Source of the DNA: the human T2T-CHM13v2.0 reference genome, Homo sapiens
Strand: one strand, 5' to 3'
Assembly: GCF_009914755.1 (NCBI RefSeq)
Contig: NC_060935.1
Length of the DNA: 64,000 bases
Each line of letters begins with the position of its first letter. The first letter of the stretch is position 1. Position numbers and translations under genes: made by a program. Below, in pieces: positions 1 through 15,079 of the stretch. The notes beneath the pieces were generated by a model. The model was not told the origin of the DNA. It searched no databases and saw only the letters and a program-made list of their open reading frames with translations.

Positions 1-717
1 CACCAGTCAGAATAGTGATCATTAAAAAGTCAGGAAACAACAGGTGCTAGAGAGGATGTGGAGAAATAGGAACACTTTTACACTATTGGTGGGACTGTAA
101 GCCACTTCAACCATTGTGGAAGTTGGTGTGGTGATTTCTCAGGGATCTAGAACTAGAAATACCATTTGACCTAGCCATCTCATTACTGGGTATATACCCA
201 AGGGATTATAAATCATGCTGCTATAAAGACACATGCACACGTATGTTTATAGCGGCAATATTCACAATAGCAAAGACTTGGAACCAACCCAAATGTCCAA
301 CAACGATAGACTAGATTAAGAAAATGTGGCACATATATACCATGGAATACTATGCAGCCATAAAAAATGATGAGCTCATGTCCTTTGTAGGGACATGGAT
401 GAAACTGGAAACCATCATTCTCAGCAAACTATTGCAAGGACAAAAAACCAAACACCGCATATTCTCACTCATAGGTGGGAATTGAACAATGAGAACACAT
501 GGACACAGGAAGGGGAACATCACACACCGGGGACTGTTGTGGGGTGGGGGGAGGGGGGAGGGATTGCATTAGGAGATATACCTAATGCTAAATGACAAGT
601 TAATGGGTGCAGCACACCAACATGGCACATGCATACATATGTAACAAACCTGCATGTTATGTACATGTACCCTAAAACTTAAAGTATAATAATAAAATTT
701 AAAAAAAGAAAGAAAAA
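1..717 (+). mobile_element. L1PA (L1PA4-like) 3' end: ORF2 C-terminus, 3' UTR, poly(A)
   Basis: Canonical L1 3' sequence (gatatacctaatgctaaatgac...ccctaaaacttaaagtataataataaa), G-rich tract and A tail. Confidence 0.93.
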
Positions 718-880
718 CCCCAATTAAAAAGAAAACATAGATCCAAACAGATGACACCTCACCAAAGAAAATAGATGAACTGTAAATAAAATATGAAAAA
801 AATGCATATATTTGTTACTGGGGAAATGCAAATTAAAAACAATAAATGAGAAACCACTAAAAAAAAAAAAAAAAGAAAAG
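718..880 (+). mobile_element. Old L1M fragment
   Basis: Degenerate L1 ORF2 motifs (gacacctcaccaaagaa, gggaaatgcaaattaaaaac). Confidence 0.55.
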
Positions 881-2524
881 AAAAGTCTAGCTAACCTCAC
901 TCCTAAACCAAATTAAAGTTCAAAGGAGTTCAAGAGAGATAAATCTAACCCTATATTTTCTTTTCCATGCAATAAAGTTGCCTACATTTTTGCTTTGATG
1001 ACCAGAGTAAAGCACACACTGCTATCACTAACCTTCTAAGATAAATCAGGCCAGTGTGTATTCCCTATTGGGCTATTAGTAGATTGGCATTTAAAGAAGA
1101 ATTAGCTCTAATATGAATTAAGGACTTTAATTACTTGTGCCTAAGGTGTTTAATTCATTGAAGGGTAAAAGAAAAATACAATATAAAATGGGTAACAAAG
1201 GAATTTAAACCTACTGTAAACTCCTATTCACCCAGAAATCAACCAATCAGAAAGCCATAACTTTATTTTATTTTCCTTTTTGCTGGGAGATCACATACAA
1301 ATTCTGGCTTATGAACTTGATAAGAGAATCAGTTTTCAGCATACCTACTGAAAATAACTGATTGTCATAATTACAACACCTAACTCTTATGGGTCATGTA
1401 AGAAAGATTTGGTAATCTTTGTGAGATTTAGATGGCAATATTAAATTAACCAGAGTTAATGAACCAAGTTGTCCAAATCCTGAACAGAGAGAATAGTATA
1501 TTGGGTTATCTTACAATTTTAGGGTTTTATGCAATATTGTAGGAGTTAAGCCAAGAAGTACAAATAAGTAAAATGTATTCTGGTTAGTTCTCTATTTGTC
1601 TAATAATATTGTTAGTTACAATACCACACATAACGATGCTCACATAGGTGATCATTAAATACTTTTGAGATAATTTAGAAGGGGCCACCAACTACAGAAG
1701 GACTCCTAACCCAATTTACCTACTGTGATGGAAGAAAAGGGTTGGCAAGATACGGTCCAGTGGTTCGTTCCATAAAACTAAGCAAAGTGTAAATAGCAGA
1801 TGCTTCAATCCAGTGAGCACTGTGTGTGTCATCAGAGTTTAAATACTAGAGTCTTTTTTTCAGAGGGTTATGAAGATTAGCGCTGGGAAATCATGCTCTA
1901 AATAGGTCATCATTCTCAGGTCCTGACAAAGGAGCTCAGGTATGGAAACTGAATGAGAATCATGAGGAACTAAGAAAACCTAGAAACAAGGGAATGGTTA
2001 GGGAATTAATCAGGAGGCAATGGGCTAAATTCATCTGTACAATCTGCAAAAGTTTATAAAATACCCATGTTTGGGGTTTCAGAGATAATATCTCCCTCTT
2101 CCACTTATAAGGCTAGAATCAATATAAAGATAAATACAGGAATCAGGCAATCCAAACCTCACTTTTATTATTGATAAAGCTTATTAGAAAATGTAAATTT
2201 ATATCTGTGACAAAGTCTTAATACTTTGCTGAAGTAAACAGACAATGATCTGGTCATTGCCTAACTGGGGAACTGCAGATCATACTGATAGGGCCAGACC
2301 CCTTACCACATGGCAGAAGGAAGACTAGAATGCAGATGACTGGGTAGCTCTGAGAAGGGGAGAGAAAAGAGTCCGAGATGAACATTATCGGTTCATTTCA
2401 GCAGAACCCAATCAGAAAAGTCATTTCACTTCTCATGGGGAGAAGTAAGTGAGAAGTAGAGAGAAGCAAGGGAGTTATTCAAGAGGAGGACACTCTCAAA
2501 ACTCAAGGGGAACGAGTAGTCACC

Positions 2525-3575
2525 CATTAGCACCAAGTATGTGCCAGCACCGTTTTGGGTGCTGGAAATATAATGGTGAACAAACCAGACAAAGGCTAAG
2601 TTCTCATGGAGTTTATAGTCTAGTAGGATAATGTGACAATAAAACATCAAACAGAGAAATATACAATAAAGTATCTGATAGTTATGAATGCTGAGAAAAA
2701 AAAAACACTTTGCAATAGAGACCTTCCTGGGTTGCTTGAAAATATTGCAGCAAAATAATTCCTCACATCCCTGTACATGCATCTCCTTCCTCTGAATAAG
2801 CAAAGTTATCTTCTTTCCCCTTGAATCTGGGTGGGTCTTGAGACTTACTTTGACCAATAAAATGTAGCAGAAGTGACACTCTAGAATTTTCCAACCAGGT
2901 GTTAAGAGAAATCTCTCTCTCGGAACTCAGCTGCTGTGCTGTGAAGACGCTCAAGACAAACTCCCAAGAGGCCATGTGGAGGACATCAACACTCCAAAAA
3001 GCTCTTAGTTGAATTCAGCTGCCTATACTATGCGGAGCAGAAGAATCACCCAGCTGAGCCCCATAAACCCACAATAATAAATTGTTATAAGCCACTTTAT
3101 TGTGGGTTGGTTACACCAAAATGGATACCTAAAACAGAGACTGATTTTGTGGGGAAGATTATTTAGGCTGTTGGTCAAGAAAAGGTCTTATGAGAAGATG
3201 GTATTTGAACTAAGTGAAAAGAAAATAGCCATGAAACTCTGGTGTCAGAGTAATCCAGGCAGAAGAAATAGCAAGTGTGAAGGACCTATGGCAGAAATAA
3301 CCTGGGTGTGTCTGAGAAACAATTAAAAGCCTGATATCACTGCAATATAATGAGAGAAGTTGAGTCAGAGACAGAGGAAGAAGCTAGATCATAGAGGACC
3401 TTGTAAGCCATAGTAAAGGGTTTGGAATTTTTTAAATTAGTAGAAAACCACGGGAGTTTTTCAGCAAAGAAGGACACAAACTGACTTCTGTTTTAAAAAT
3501 ATCTCTGGTTTCTGTGTTGAGAATAGATTGGAGTAGTGCAAGAGTACAATTGGAGAAACCAATCCTAGCATCCTG
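2525..3575. mobile_element. L2 remnant interrupted by an MLT1 (MaLR) LTR at about 2725-3135
   Basis: L2 3' motifs (tatgtgccagc...ctcatggagtttatagtctag) and MLT1 motifs (cccttgaatctggg...ttgaccaataaaatgtagcagaagtgac). Confidence 0.65.
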
Positions 3576-3639
3576 AAAAGGGAACGCCAAACAAACCTCA
3601 TGGTAGCTTAAAAAATTACAAAAATAAAACAGAATTTTT

Positions 3640-5200
<1,561 letters not shown>

Positions 5201-5927
5201 TTTGGAAGCATTTTATGTGCTATGAGATCACATTTTTGGGGTAACCCTGCTTACTTTAAGGAGGCTAAATTTGGGGGATATAATTTATTCCATCTTTAAC
5301 CTACAAATATTTTAACCTATTTTACTCTAACTCAAAGAAATAAAGAGTCATTTTTAGAAAAGGAGAGACCCATTCATTTTTTAATCATTCTATCTTGGTC
5401 AAGACTGTATTGTTCCCTGGTTATGGCCTCATTTGCTCTATGACAAGCATCTGGAAACCAACTAATGCCCTCCAACCTAAATCTTCTTAACACTGGGGGA
5501 GGGTCAGGAAAGGGAGTAGGGAATGTTCTTCCTACTCCTGATATTCCTTTCCTGTGGTGGGAGATCTGCTGGCATAATGCTTCTGAACTTCTTTGGCCTC
5601 TTTGCTTGTCTACCAAGGAAGAAGAGTGATATCCCTGCTTATACATTTCTAGCCCTGTTCCTTGTCTCCCCTCTTCTTGGAAGGTGGCCCATATGCAGAG
5701 AATATGTGTTCTTCACTGCCCTCAACCATCCAGGAAACATGGCCTTCATGGTCCCACTGACCATGGATGTGGCTTCAGAGACCCACACTGCCTGTGACCA
5801 CATGGTAAGTCTCTCTACACAGGGACATATGCCCATTTGCACATAGCTTTATAAATATAGATTCAATATCAGCTTTAACTGTAATAAAGATAACATTTTG
5901 GTTCCATTTGCTTAATCCATTGTCTTT

Positions 5928-6292
5928 TCTTTTTAACTTTTATTTCAGTTTCAATGAGTACATGTGCAGGTTTGTTACACGAGTAAATTGCATGTCACTG
6001 AGGTTTGGTGTACAGATCATTTTGTCACTCAGGTACTCAGCATACTACTCAACAGGTAGTTGTTCAATCCTTACCCTCCTCCTGATCTCTACCCTCAACA
6101 GGCCCCAGTGTCTATGTATCTCTTCTTTACATCCATGTGTACTCAATGTTTAGCCCCCACTTATAATTGAAAACATACAGTATTTGGTTTTCTGTTCCTG
6201 TGTTAATTCACTTAGGATTATGGCCTCCAGCTCCACCCATGTTGTTGCAAAGGCCATGATCTCATTTTTTATAGCTGTGTAGTAATCCATGC
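5928..6292 (-). mobile_element. L1PA13-16/L1PB 3' end
   Basis: gtacatgtgcaggtttgttac...ggcctccagctccacccatgttgttgcaaagg. Confidence 0.85.
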
Positions 6293-6566
6293 TTAATCTT
6301 TTCTCTGGTTTCTCATTTGGCTCAGAACTCAGATTGGGAAGAAAGCTGTTATTTATTGGAATACTCTCAAATATACCCCAACCTTCTATCCAGTGGGTTT
6401 CTTAACTCTATCCCTCTGACCTTGGAAATCCTCTTTGTCCCTTCCTGCCTTAACCAGATTGAAAATTCATTTTGATAGACAGTGGAATTTTTGTCTTTAA
6501 AAAATTATTACAAAATTTTAGACTATTTAGAAGATACAAATGCATAAAAGACTATTAATTTTTAGA

Positions 6567-6775
6567 ACTGTGCAATACAATAAGGTAACCATTTGCTCTC
6601 TATAGCTATTTAAATTTAAATTCATTGTTAAAAATTAAAAATCCAGTGCCTCAGTCACACTAGCCACATTTCAAGTACTCAATAGCTACATGTGGCTCAT
6701 GGCTACTGCATCAGGCAACAAAGATAGACCATTTCTATCATCACTGGAAATTCTAGTGGGCAGTCCTGCTCTAGA
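6567..6775. mobile_element. MER3-like hAT-Charlie MITE
   Basis: cactagccacatttcaagtactcaatagctacatgtggct core. Confidence 0.75.
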
Positions 6776-7681
6776 GAAAATTTAGTATTTAATATGACCT
6801 TCCATATTAAATTATATTATCTATATACATATATACTTATATATGTGCAGGTTTATACATATATAAACTTACATATGTATATAGATATAGGCTAGGATCC
6901 TAAAAAAATAGGTTCAATTGTACATACTGTTTGTAACCTCACATCTCTCCTAATTTGTCATGAACATCTCATACATTCATCCTTCTATAATATTATTTTT
7001 GGTGACAACAAAGTATTTTTCTGTATCGACATACTGTAATTTCTGTAACCAAATGTTAAACATGGCCTTTTCCCCCCATTTATTACAGCCAAAATTACAG
7101 TGACTATTCTTGAATATCTTCATAACTGTCTTAAATTCTTAAAGTAATTTACAGAGTCAAAGGGCACTCACACTTTTAAACTTCTACAAGGCATTGCCAA
7201 TTAGAAAAGGAGCCCTGGCTTGGAACACACATCCTGCCCTTGTCATCTGAAAGAAATAGATGAGTTTGCTTCTCTACAGAAAGCTGTTTGAAAAACAGTA
7301 AGGCCAAAATGTTAGCTGTTAAGCTAATGTGCTAAGGAGTCCTGGGAGTTTGTAAATGGCAATCACATGAGCACACCTCTCAGAAGCTGCTGTTCTTTTT
7401 CATTCACACTCCAGTAATGTTTCTAGAGTTCCTTTAACACAGTGAGAATCAGTTGATCTCTTAGAGATGTTTGACATTGTTCTCACTGGCAACTTGATAT
7501 TAAACTTAAGGCTAACCACAGATATGTTCTGCCACTGGCATGTCCTCATTCTTTAGCATCTCCTGCTACTTCATATGTGATACTGTTGACACTTTGGTTT
7601 CACTAGGGTGGCTAAGTGTGGCTCTCAAGGTGGGAAGCATCTTTCCAGCTGTGGTAGGTAAGCATACAGACCCTGGGGACC

Positions 7682-8036
7682 TGTATAAGTCTGTTCTCAT
7701 GCTGCTAATAAAGACATACCCAAGACTGGGTAATTTATAAAGGAAAGAGGTTTAATTGACTCACAGTTCCACATGGCTAGGGAGGCCTCACAATCATGGC
7801 AGAAGAGCAAGAGACATCTTGCATAGCGGCAGGCAAGAGAATTAGAGCCAAATGAAAGGAGAAACCCCTTTAAAAACCATCAAGTTTCACGAGACGTATT
7901 CACTACCATGAGAACAGTATGTGGAAAACTGCCTCCATGATTTAATTATTTCCGACTAGGTCCTTCCCACATGTGGGAATTATGGGAGCTACAGTTCAAG
8001 ATGAGATTTGGGTGGGGACACAGCCAAACCATATCA
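7682..8036 (-). mobile_element. THE1 solo LTR (MaLR) inserted into a MIR
   Basis: TG...CA termini, THE1 motifs (gatttgggtggggacacagccaaaccatatca), 5-bp TSD GGACC/GAACC. Confidence 0.9.
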
Positions 8037-9879
8037 GAACCAATTGGTCAGGTCGGGATCCTAGTTCTGCCACTTGCTAGATGTGTGACTTTTGCCGTGT
8101 TACAAAGTCATTCTTGTTTAGATTTCCTCATCCACAAAATGGGATAATTAATAGCATTATTATAGTATGCATGACACAGAATAAACATTGTGTATGTGTC
8201 TGATAAATAAATAGCCTAATCAGTTAAAATAGAGTAGCATTATCTTCTACCTTTATACATTATACTTTTGGTGGAATGAGAGAACATCAAGTGCACTCCA
8301 CCTTACCAATATGCCATATCATTAGCTAAAACTGAACTTCAGTCAACTAAACACCTAGATCAGCATTTCCAGGAGTTTGCCACGTGAGTGGTACATTCTC
8401 CCTGTAGGGAAAAAGGGTCATAATTAAATACATTTGGAAAATGTTGTTCCTCCTCTAGAGTTGCAATGTATGTTAGTATATTTTGGGTTCTGAGAAGTCC
8501 TGCAATAAAGAAACCTGTTGAATTTTATTGAACTAAGCATTTTCCAAAACTTTTTGCTATGGACACTTCATTTAGAACAGGCTTTGGGCAATACTAGCTC
8601 CTATTAACACAGTGTTTTTAAAGACATCAGTTTGTGAAATCAAGCCATTAGCTGCACTTTTCCTTAGAAATATCTGTTAAACCTCCCTCCCCACTTCCAT
8701 CTTGGGCTTGTATCATTGGTTTGTTGAAAGTTTTGGCAGAACTTTACATTTTTTTCTACTCACTCTTATCTTGTTAGCTTTTATCTTGCTGTTTTTTATT
8801 CTAGCTTATAAAATGTGGGAAGATCTTATGATTAAGTGTTCATCTCAGGTTCATCTCCTGAGAAACTATTAGCTTAATTTTATTTTGTCTCCTCCAAGAA
8901 TTTGGCAAAGATACTAGGGAGAACAGGTTCAAGGATAGGACAAGTGCTGCTCTGAATCATTTTCTAATTGTCTGTGTCAGTGATATCTAACAACTGTGAA
9001 AATAATTCTCACTAACATGTTGGCAGGGACAAATATTAAAGTTAAATATTCTTTCAAATATTTCAAATATTTTTATAGGAACCTTATGAAGACATTAGCT
9101 TTGATGGAAAGAAATATTGGTGTTATTACAAGTACCTACTAATCAGTTGGTGGCTACCAGGGGCATGCTTTAAGACAGATTTGGAAGCCACCTCTAGGAT
9201 CTATAGTTCCTGTCTAGATATGAAAGAGGAGTTGGAGTGTGTCACAGTATATATGTCACATATTTGCCAATTCTGCCTAAGGACCTTATCCGAAAACAAA
9301 GATTTTTTTTTTTTTTCTACTCAGCCCAATGGCAGGCTTTGCAGACATTTTGGATAAAATAGGATTTTGGAAACTCTTAGCTTGCTTTCACCTAATCTGT
9401 CCATACCTAGCATTACTCCCAGCAATGTTTCATTGATTAGCTGGATAAAATTTCTTTAGCAAAGCACAATTTATATTAACAAAGCATAAATTATAGTTTA
9501 ATAAAACTGCCTTAAACCCAAAGCAATGTAACCAAAGTCATCAGAACCTGTAGTCATAATAATGCATAAAAACAAAAAACAGAAACCTAGGTTGCTGTTT
9601 TTTCCATTTGCAAAGAGCAATGGAATTCTATTAAAATAGAGCTTATAGTAGTATTTCATATTCAAGGGTGTTAAGGTTAAAATTATGCCAGGGTCCCTTC
9701 TAAATAATATTATCATATTTTAAGAGGTATATTGAAAGTTTGTTTTTAAAGGAATATTGAGAAACTACAGTGTCTTTGCACCACATGAGTAATTGTGGAA
9801 AAAAAAAGAGCAGGATAAGACAAATGTCCTAAAATATTTGATTAATGAAATGTGCTTTGTTTCAATTGTACTGGCAATC

Positions 9880-10560
9880 ACTAATGATAACCAAATCCTT
9901 AGGTCAAGCCCAAACATTTCCCTTGTTCTCCAGACCTGTATTTCCAACAAACTACTAACATTTGTCTCTGTGGGATTACAGAGACATCAAAATCCGCATG
10001 TCTGAAACTAAACTCATTATATGGCTCCTCAAACTAGCTCCTCCTTTATTATCTATGTTGGGAAAGCTACTGACTGCTCCTCATGACCAAATCAGAAACA
10101 TGGTATCATCTTAGACACTGTCTTCTCCTCATCCCCACCACCAGTCCTAAGAAAATCCAGGTGCTACAAAAACACTGAATAATAATAACAGCAGTAACTT
10201 ATACTTTCTGAGTGCTTCTACATACCAGGCCTCATTTCAAGTGCTTTACACACATTAATTTATACATTGTCTTAAATATTATCCAAGTCCACTTTCCCTC
10301 CACTCCATTCCTACTGCCAACTTCCTAGTTCAAGGGTTCATCATTTCTCCATTCAATCATGACAATAGCTTCTTAATCACATCTCTTGCTCTGGCCATTC
10401 CAATCGATAATCTCTCCTTCATGCTGTGGCAGAGGCACTTTCTAAAACCAAACCGTAACCTTGTCATTTCTCTGTTCAAAATCCTTACCTGGTTTTCTGT
10501 GGGCTATAGGGTAAAATTCAAATTCCTTAGTCTGATGATGAACAAGCCTTCCTCAGTTTG
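9880..10560. mobile_element. L2 remnant with embedded MIR
   Basis: ccagacctgtatttccaac...catgtctgaaactaaactc; tgagtgcttctacataccagg. Confidence 0.6.
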
Positions 10561-11116
10561 CATTCTTTTTACTCACCACCTGCACTTGATTTATAAATCA
10601 CTTGGATTTCCTAAAACACAGGTGCAGATTCACTCCCCAACCCCTGCCTTCTCACATAAGTCTCTATAGAGTGATATGCCTTTCCCTGCTCTATCTTGTC
10701 TTAAAAAAACTCAGAAAACTCAAGAGATCATTTCATTCTTCAAATTCCAGTTCATACTTCACCATCTTTTTGAAACTTTCTTTGGCTCACTCCAAAGTGC
10801 TAGCTCTGTATTTGTATTTACTTTCTTTACAAATCAGCCTCCCCTGATAGACAGTGAGCTCCTTAAAAACAAGTTTAAAAACTTTGTATGTTTTGATATC
10901 CTCAGGGCCTGGCTGTGCAGCCTCCTTTCAGAAATTAAAGTTATACTTTATGGACAGTAGGACTATATAACCTTTCTTCTGGTTCTAATGTTCCATAATA
11001 ATACATCCTTCAAGACATAACTATATATAGGGAATGCTTGATATTACAGAGATATGAATCCCACCTATCCCTCCAGTTGCTCATCCACAGCTTTCTAAAG
11101 ATAAAGTGTGGGTAAG

Positions 11117-11665
11117 TGTACCAGACTGCATTTCCCAAAAATTGCCACAACATCTCCCATGCCACATGTGCTTCTTACAAGGTGACATTGACAATTTTCC
11201 CATTGAGAGGCGTGACTTATGTTCCTTCCCCTTGAATCTGGGTAAGCTTGTGACTACAGATGGAGTATACTATGTGACTTCCAAGGCAAGATCATAAAAG
11301 GTGATACAACTTCTGTCTGGGTCTCTCAAGATACTCACTCTTGGATTCCAGCCACCATGCTGTGTAGAAGCCCAACAGTCACAAGGTGCTGCCATGTGTA
11401 AGTGTCCCACCAACAGCCCCAGCTGAGCTCCCAGCTCCTCCAGACATATGAGGGAAAGAGGCTCCAGATGATGCCAGCCAGCAAGTCACCCAGAGAGTCA
11501 GAGTCTTTCCAGCTCAGCATCCAGACATCATGGGACAGAGACAACTTGTCCCTGCTGTGCCCTTTTCAAATTCCTGACCCACAGCATCTTGAGTGTCATA
11601 TAATGGTTGTTCTTTTATGCCACTTTGTGAGGGGTGGTTTATTATGCAGCAATAGAAAATGATAC
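11117..11665 (+). mobile_element. MLT1 (G/H-type) LTR
   Basis: ccccttgaatctggg...ggtggtttattatgcagcaatagaaaatgataca. Confidence 0.8.
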
Positions 11666-11817
11666 AACAAGCAATAAGTTAGGCCTACATTTCTTACACG
11701 ACTCTTAGAGAAACCCTAGGGTTCTGGGGGATACCACTAAGATTCCTAAGGAAAAATCATAAAGGCAGGGGTGAGGTAGTAGTTCTGTGGTCACTGCTAT
11801 TATGTCTGCTTCTTGAT

Positions 11818-11947
11818 CCCATTTATGCCTAGTGTTCCATTATTGGAATGCTAAGCATGTGGGAGTTATTTATTTCCTACTGCTCAAGGTCATCGCCAAG
11901 GTCTGATTGTAAAAATTCAAAAAATTGCAAACTCAGGCATAAATGGG
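11818..11947 (+). mobile_element. MER85 (piggyBac/PGBD3-derived MITE)
   Basis: TIRs CCCATTTATGCCT...AGGCATAAATGGG, internal palindrome GTTCCATTATTGGAAT, right-hand TTAA target site 11948-11951 (left-hand copy degenerate). Confidence 0.93.
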
Positions 11948-12880
11948 TTAAAGATTGCCATTGTACAAGAGCAAATTAATAGTTTTGAGAAGTCCAGAAG
12001 GTACAACACAAAGCACCACTTATGGAATTCCCCAAACGGATTTGATAATGGACTCCTTTTGTTATAACACACAAAACTTCCCCAAAGAAACAACTGTTCT
12101 AGCATTCGTATTACAGTCTGAAACACTGGGATACATTAACTCAAACTCACCAAACCAAACTATCCCAAATGTTGGCCAATTATGTTGTTGCTAAGGCCCT
12201 GTACTCAGGAGGGACAGCCTTAAATAAGAAGCATTAAGCAGTCAGGTTGTGGTTGAAATGGCTCAGCCACTACATTGTGCTTCCCTTCAGCGGTTACTAT
12301 AGGAAAGCTGCACCTGAGAGGTAAGAAGAGGAGGGCGGGAAGGCATTCAAAAGACCCTGTGCATGCATATTTTTGCACAGAGTGTGCACACCCCAGTTTT
12401 AGCTGTACTAATAGTAGCATGGGGCAAGGAATGGCAGGTCTACATGTGGTCAAGGAAAGGAAGGAAGGGAAAACAGAGAGAAACTTGCTCAAAGGGAGAA
12501 GGAATGCACTTTCAAACTGTGGATGCCCTTGTTTTTCTGCACAGCTCATTTTTATTTTAAAATTAGAACAATTCAATAGCCAGAGCTAGAAAGTGATCCT
12601 CAGATGGCCCAGAACAGTTAATCTTGGTTGCTTACAGGCAATGGCAGCCTTGGAATCAGTGAGCTGGTCTCACACTTGGGGCTTGAGGCTAAAGTGGCAT
12701 TTTCAGTTCTCAGGTTTCTCATCCACTTATGTTATTAATGTTCTGCATCAAAACACCAGAGCCTTGCTCTTTCAGCGTGATTCAATGCTGATAGCCAGCA
12801 AGGTGGTATACAAGGTTATCCAGCATCTCGTTCACAGACCCTGGCTCAGAACAAGGATTACCTCTGCTGTGGGTGTGCAC

Positions 12881-12899
12881 CACTGCCACCTCGTGGCCA
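12881..12899 (-). promoter_or_regulatory. Candidate CTCF site
   Basis: Minus strand reads TGGCCACGAGGTGGCAGTG, a close match to the CTCF core (CCACcAGGkGGCrs), in unique DNA. Confidence 0.6.
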
Positions 12900-13869
12900 C
12901 CTTCCCAAAGCTCACTCATTCCTCAACGTGGCCTTCCAAGAGTCCCGACTGCTGCGACTTTAAGGGGGTGAAATTCTCCAGGCCAAGAAAGGCAAAGTAA
13001 AATATCTTCAGCTTTATTTCAAAAATGGCCACCTGCTAGCACCTCAAGATTACCTTTAATTTAAAAATCAAGAGGCAGACCATATAGCAGAAAGCTCCTG
13101 GACTTTGTCTAAACAGAGCTGGATTTGGAGTTTAAAGATGGGTGGTTCTGAGCAAATCACTGTATACCTCAGAGGCTCTATTTCTTCTTAATATTTCCCT
13201 TCTTAAAACCAGGGAAATATTATATATTAAGAAGTATTGTAAACATTGTTAAATATATGTGTGTATACACAAGTTAATATACACATATATGTGTGTCCAT
13301 ATATATTATATATGTGTATCTAGAATATATTTGTATATGGAACAAAACATTTAACTTTCACAGTCAGTAAATTCAGTAAATGGATATTTGCAGTATGTGT
13401 ATGATGTTTCAAGAACAGAAGGGGAACAAAAGCCACTGTCAATGTATTACTCTGCAAAAGAACTATGTGATCTTCAGTCTTTGGCATGGGGTGAGGGTAG
13501 AGAAGAACCAGGCTAACTACTGATGCATCATTCTCTTTACTTCCCACAGTAGATCTGTGACTTCAGTATAATTTTCCCCCATTTGAGGGATGAGTACATT
13601 GAGGCTTAATGAGGCTGAACCACTTGTGCATAGTTTATAGTCAGTAATAAATGGTGGTATCATGATTCTAGTCTAATTGGTCTGGCTCCAAAAAGTGAAC
13701 TCCTAAAAATTTGACCTTTTAGAAAGTATATTAGGCAAACTACAGTATCCTAGGTAGTGAAAAAAGGTCAAAACTGATGAGAGCTCAAAACCCAGTTAGT
13801 GCAGGGTTTGCAATCTGAGTTCCGTAGAGAGGCCTTAGTTGTCCTGGTCACCTCACTCCTGTCATCATT

Positions 13870-14790
13870 CTCCGTATCAATGATTTACTGTCACAATGAT
13901 GCTGAGTATCAAATGATCACAAAGCCCTAATGGCACAAAAACCAAAAAGCATTTGTTGATCACAGGTCTGAAGTCAACTGGATTTTGGCTGGGTAGTTTT
14001 AGTGATCTATCTGGGCTCACTCACATGTTTGAGGGAGGCTCAGTTGCTAGCTTATCTAGGATGCCCCAAAGGAAGATGACCAGGCAACTTAGATCTGCTC
14101 CTAGTTCTCTTATCCTCCGGCAGGCTAGCCTGGGCATGTTTCTAAGCAAGAGAAGAGGCACAAAAGCAAAGGCAAGTCCAGTCACGCAAATACTTTTTTC
14201 AACCTTCTGCAACATCCACTAACTGAAGAAAGTCACATGGCTGAGCCCAGAGTCAGTGGGAGGGCACTGCAAAGTCTATGGCTGTGTTAGTCTCCTGGGG
14301 TTGCCAAAACAATTACTACAAACTGGGTGACTTAAAACAATAGAGACTTCTTCTGTCCCAGTTCTGGAGGCTAGAAGTCCAAAATCAATGTGTCAGTAGG
14401 GTTGGTTCCTTCTGGGGTCTGTGAGAAGAATCTACTTCTCTCCAAATTTACAGTGGTTTCCTGTAATCCCTGGTGTTTTTTGACTTGTAGACACATCACT
14501 CCAATGCCTGCCTCCATCATCATATGATGTTCTCCCTATGTGTCTGCATCTCTGTTTTCTCATGGTATAAGGACATCAGTCACTGGATTAGAGACCACCC
14601 TAATCCAGGATGACTTCATCTTAACTAGCTGCAACCACAAAGGCCCTATTTCCAAATAAAGTTACATTTGGAGGCTCCATATAGACATAAATTCTGGCAG
14701 GACATTACTCAACCCAGAACAATGGCAAAGGGTATGGATACGGAAAAGAATGAGGAATTGAGTCCTTCTTGCATAAATCACACTATCACA
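13870..14790 (-). mobile_element. Old MLT1 LTR with a nested MLT1B/C LTR (14283-14721)
   Basis: The inner LTR has TG...CA ends and a perfect TSD ATGGC (14278-14282 / 14722-14726). Confidence 0.8.
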
Positions 14791-15079
14791 TTAGCTATAG
14801 AGTCTTCATGGTTTTCTATTTTATTTGAAGTGGATTTGCTACTTTAAAAATTTGAAAATTAATGGTCAAGAGAATTTTTTTCTTTAAGAGATGAAGAAAA
14901 TGAAATCCAGGGCTAGAAAGTAGATGGCCCAATTTAATGGCAGAGCCAAGAACAAGACTCAAGCCTCAGGACACCAGATCATCTCTCCTTCCACAACTCT
15001 GCAATACTATACAAGGAAGCAGTTCCATTGCTGTTGCTCCTACTGTTGTTGTTTTATAATAGAGTAAAACATTGGGCAC

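Noticed and set aside
5330-5850. Unique segment with overlapping ORFs and a good donor site (ATG|gtaagt about 5805)
   Set aside because: No recognisable protein. It might be a lncRNA exon, but the sequence alone cannot support that.
12593-13000. 135-aa ORF in unique DNA
   Set aside because: Non-ATG start, no recognisable domain, no pseudogene hallmarks.
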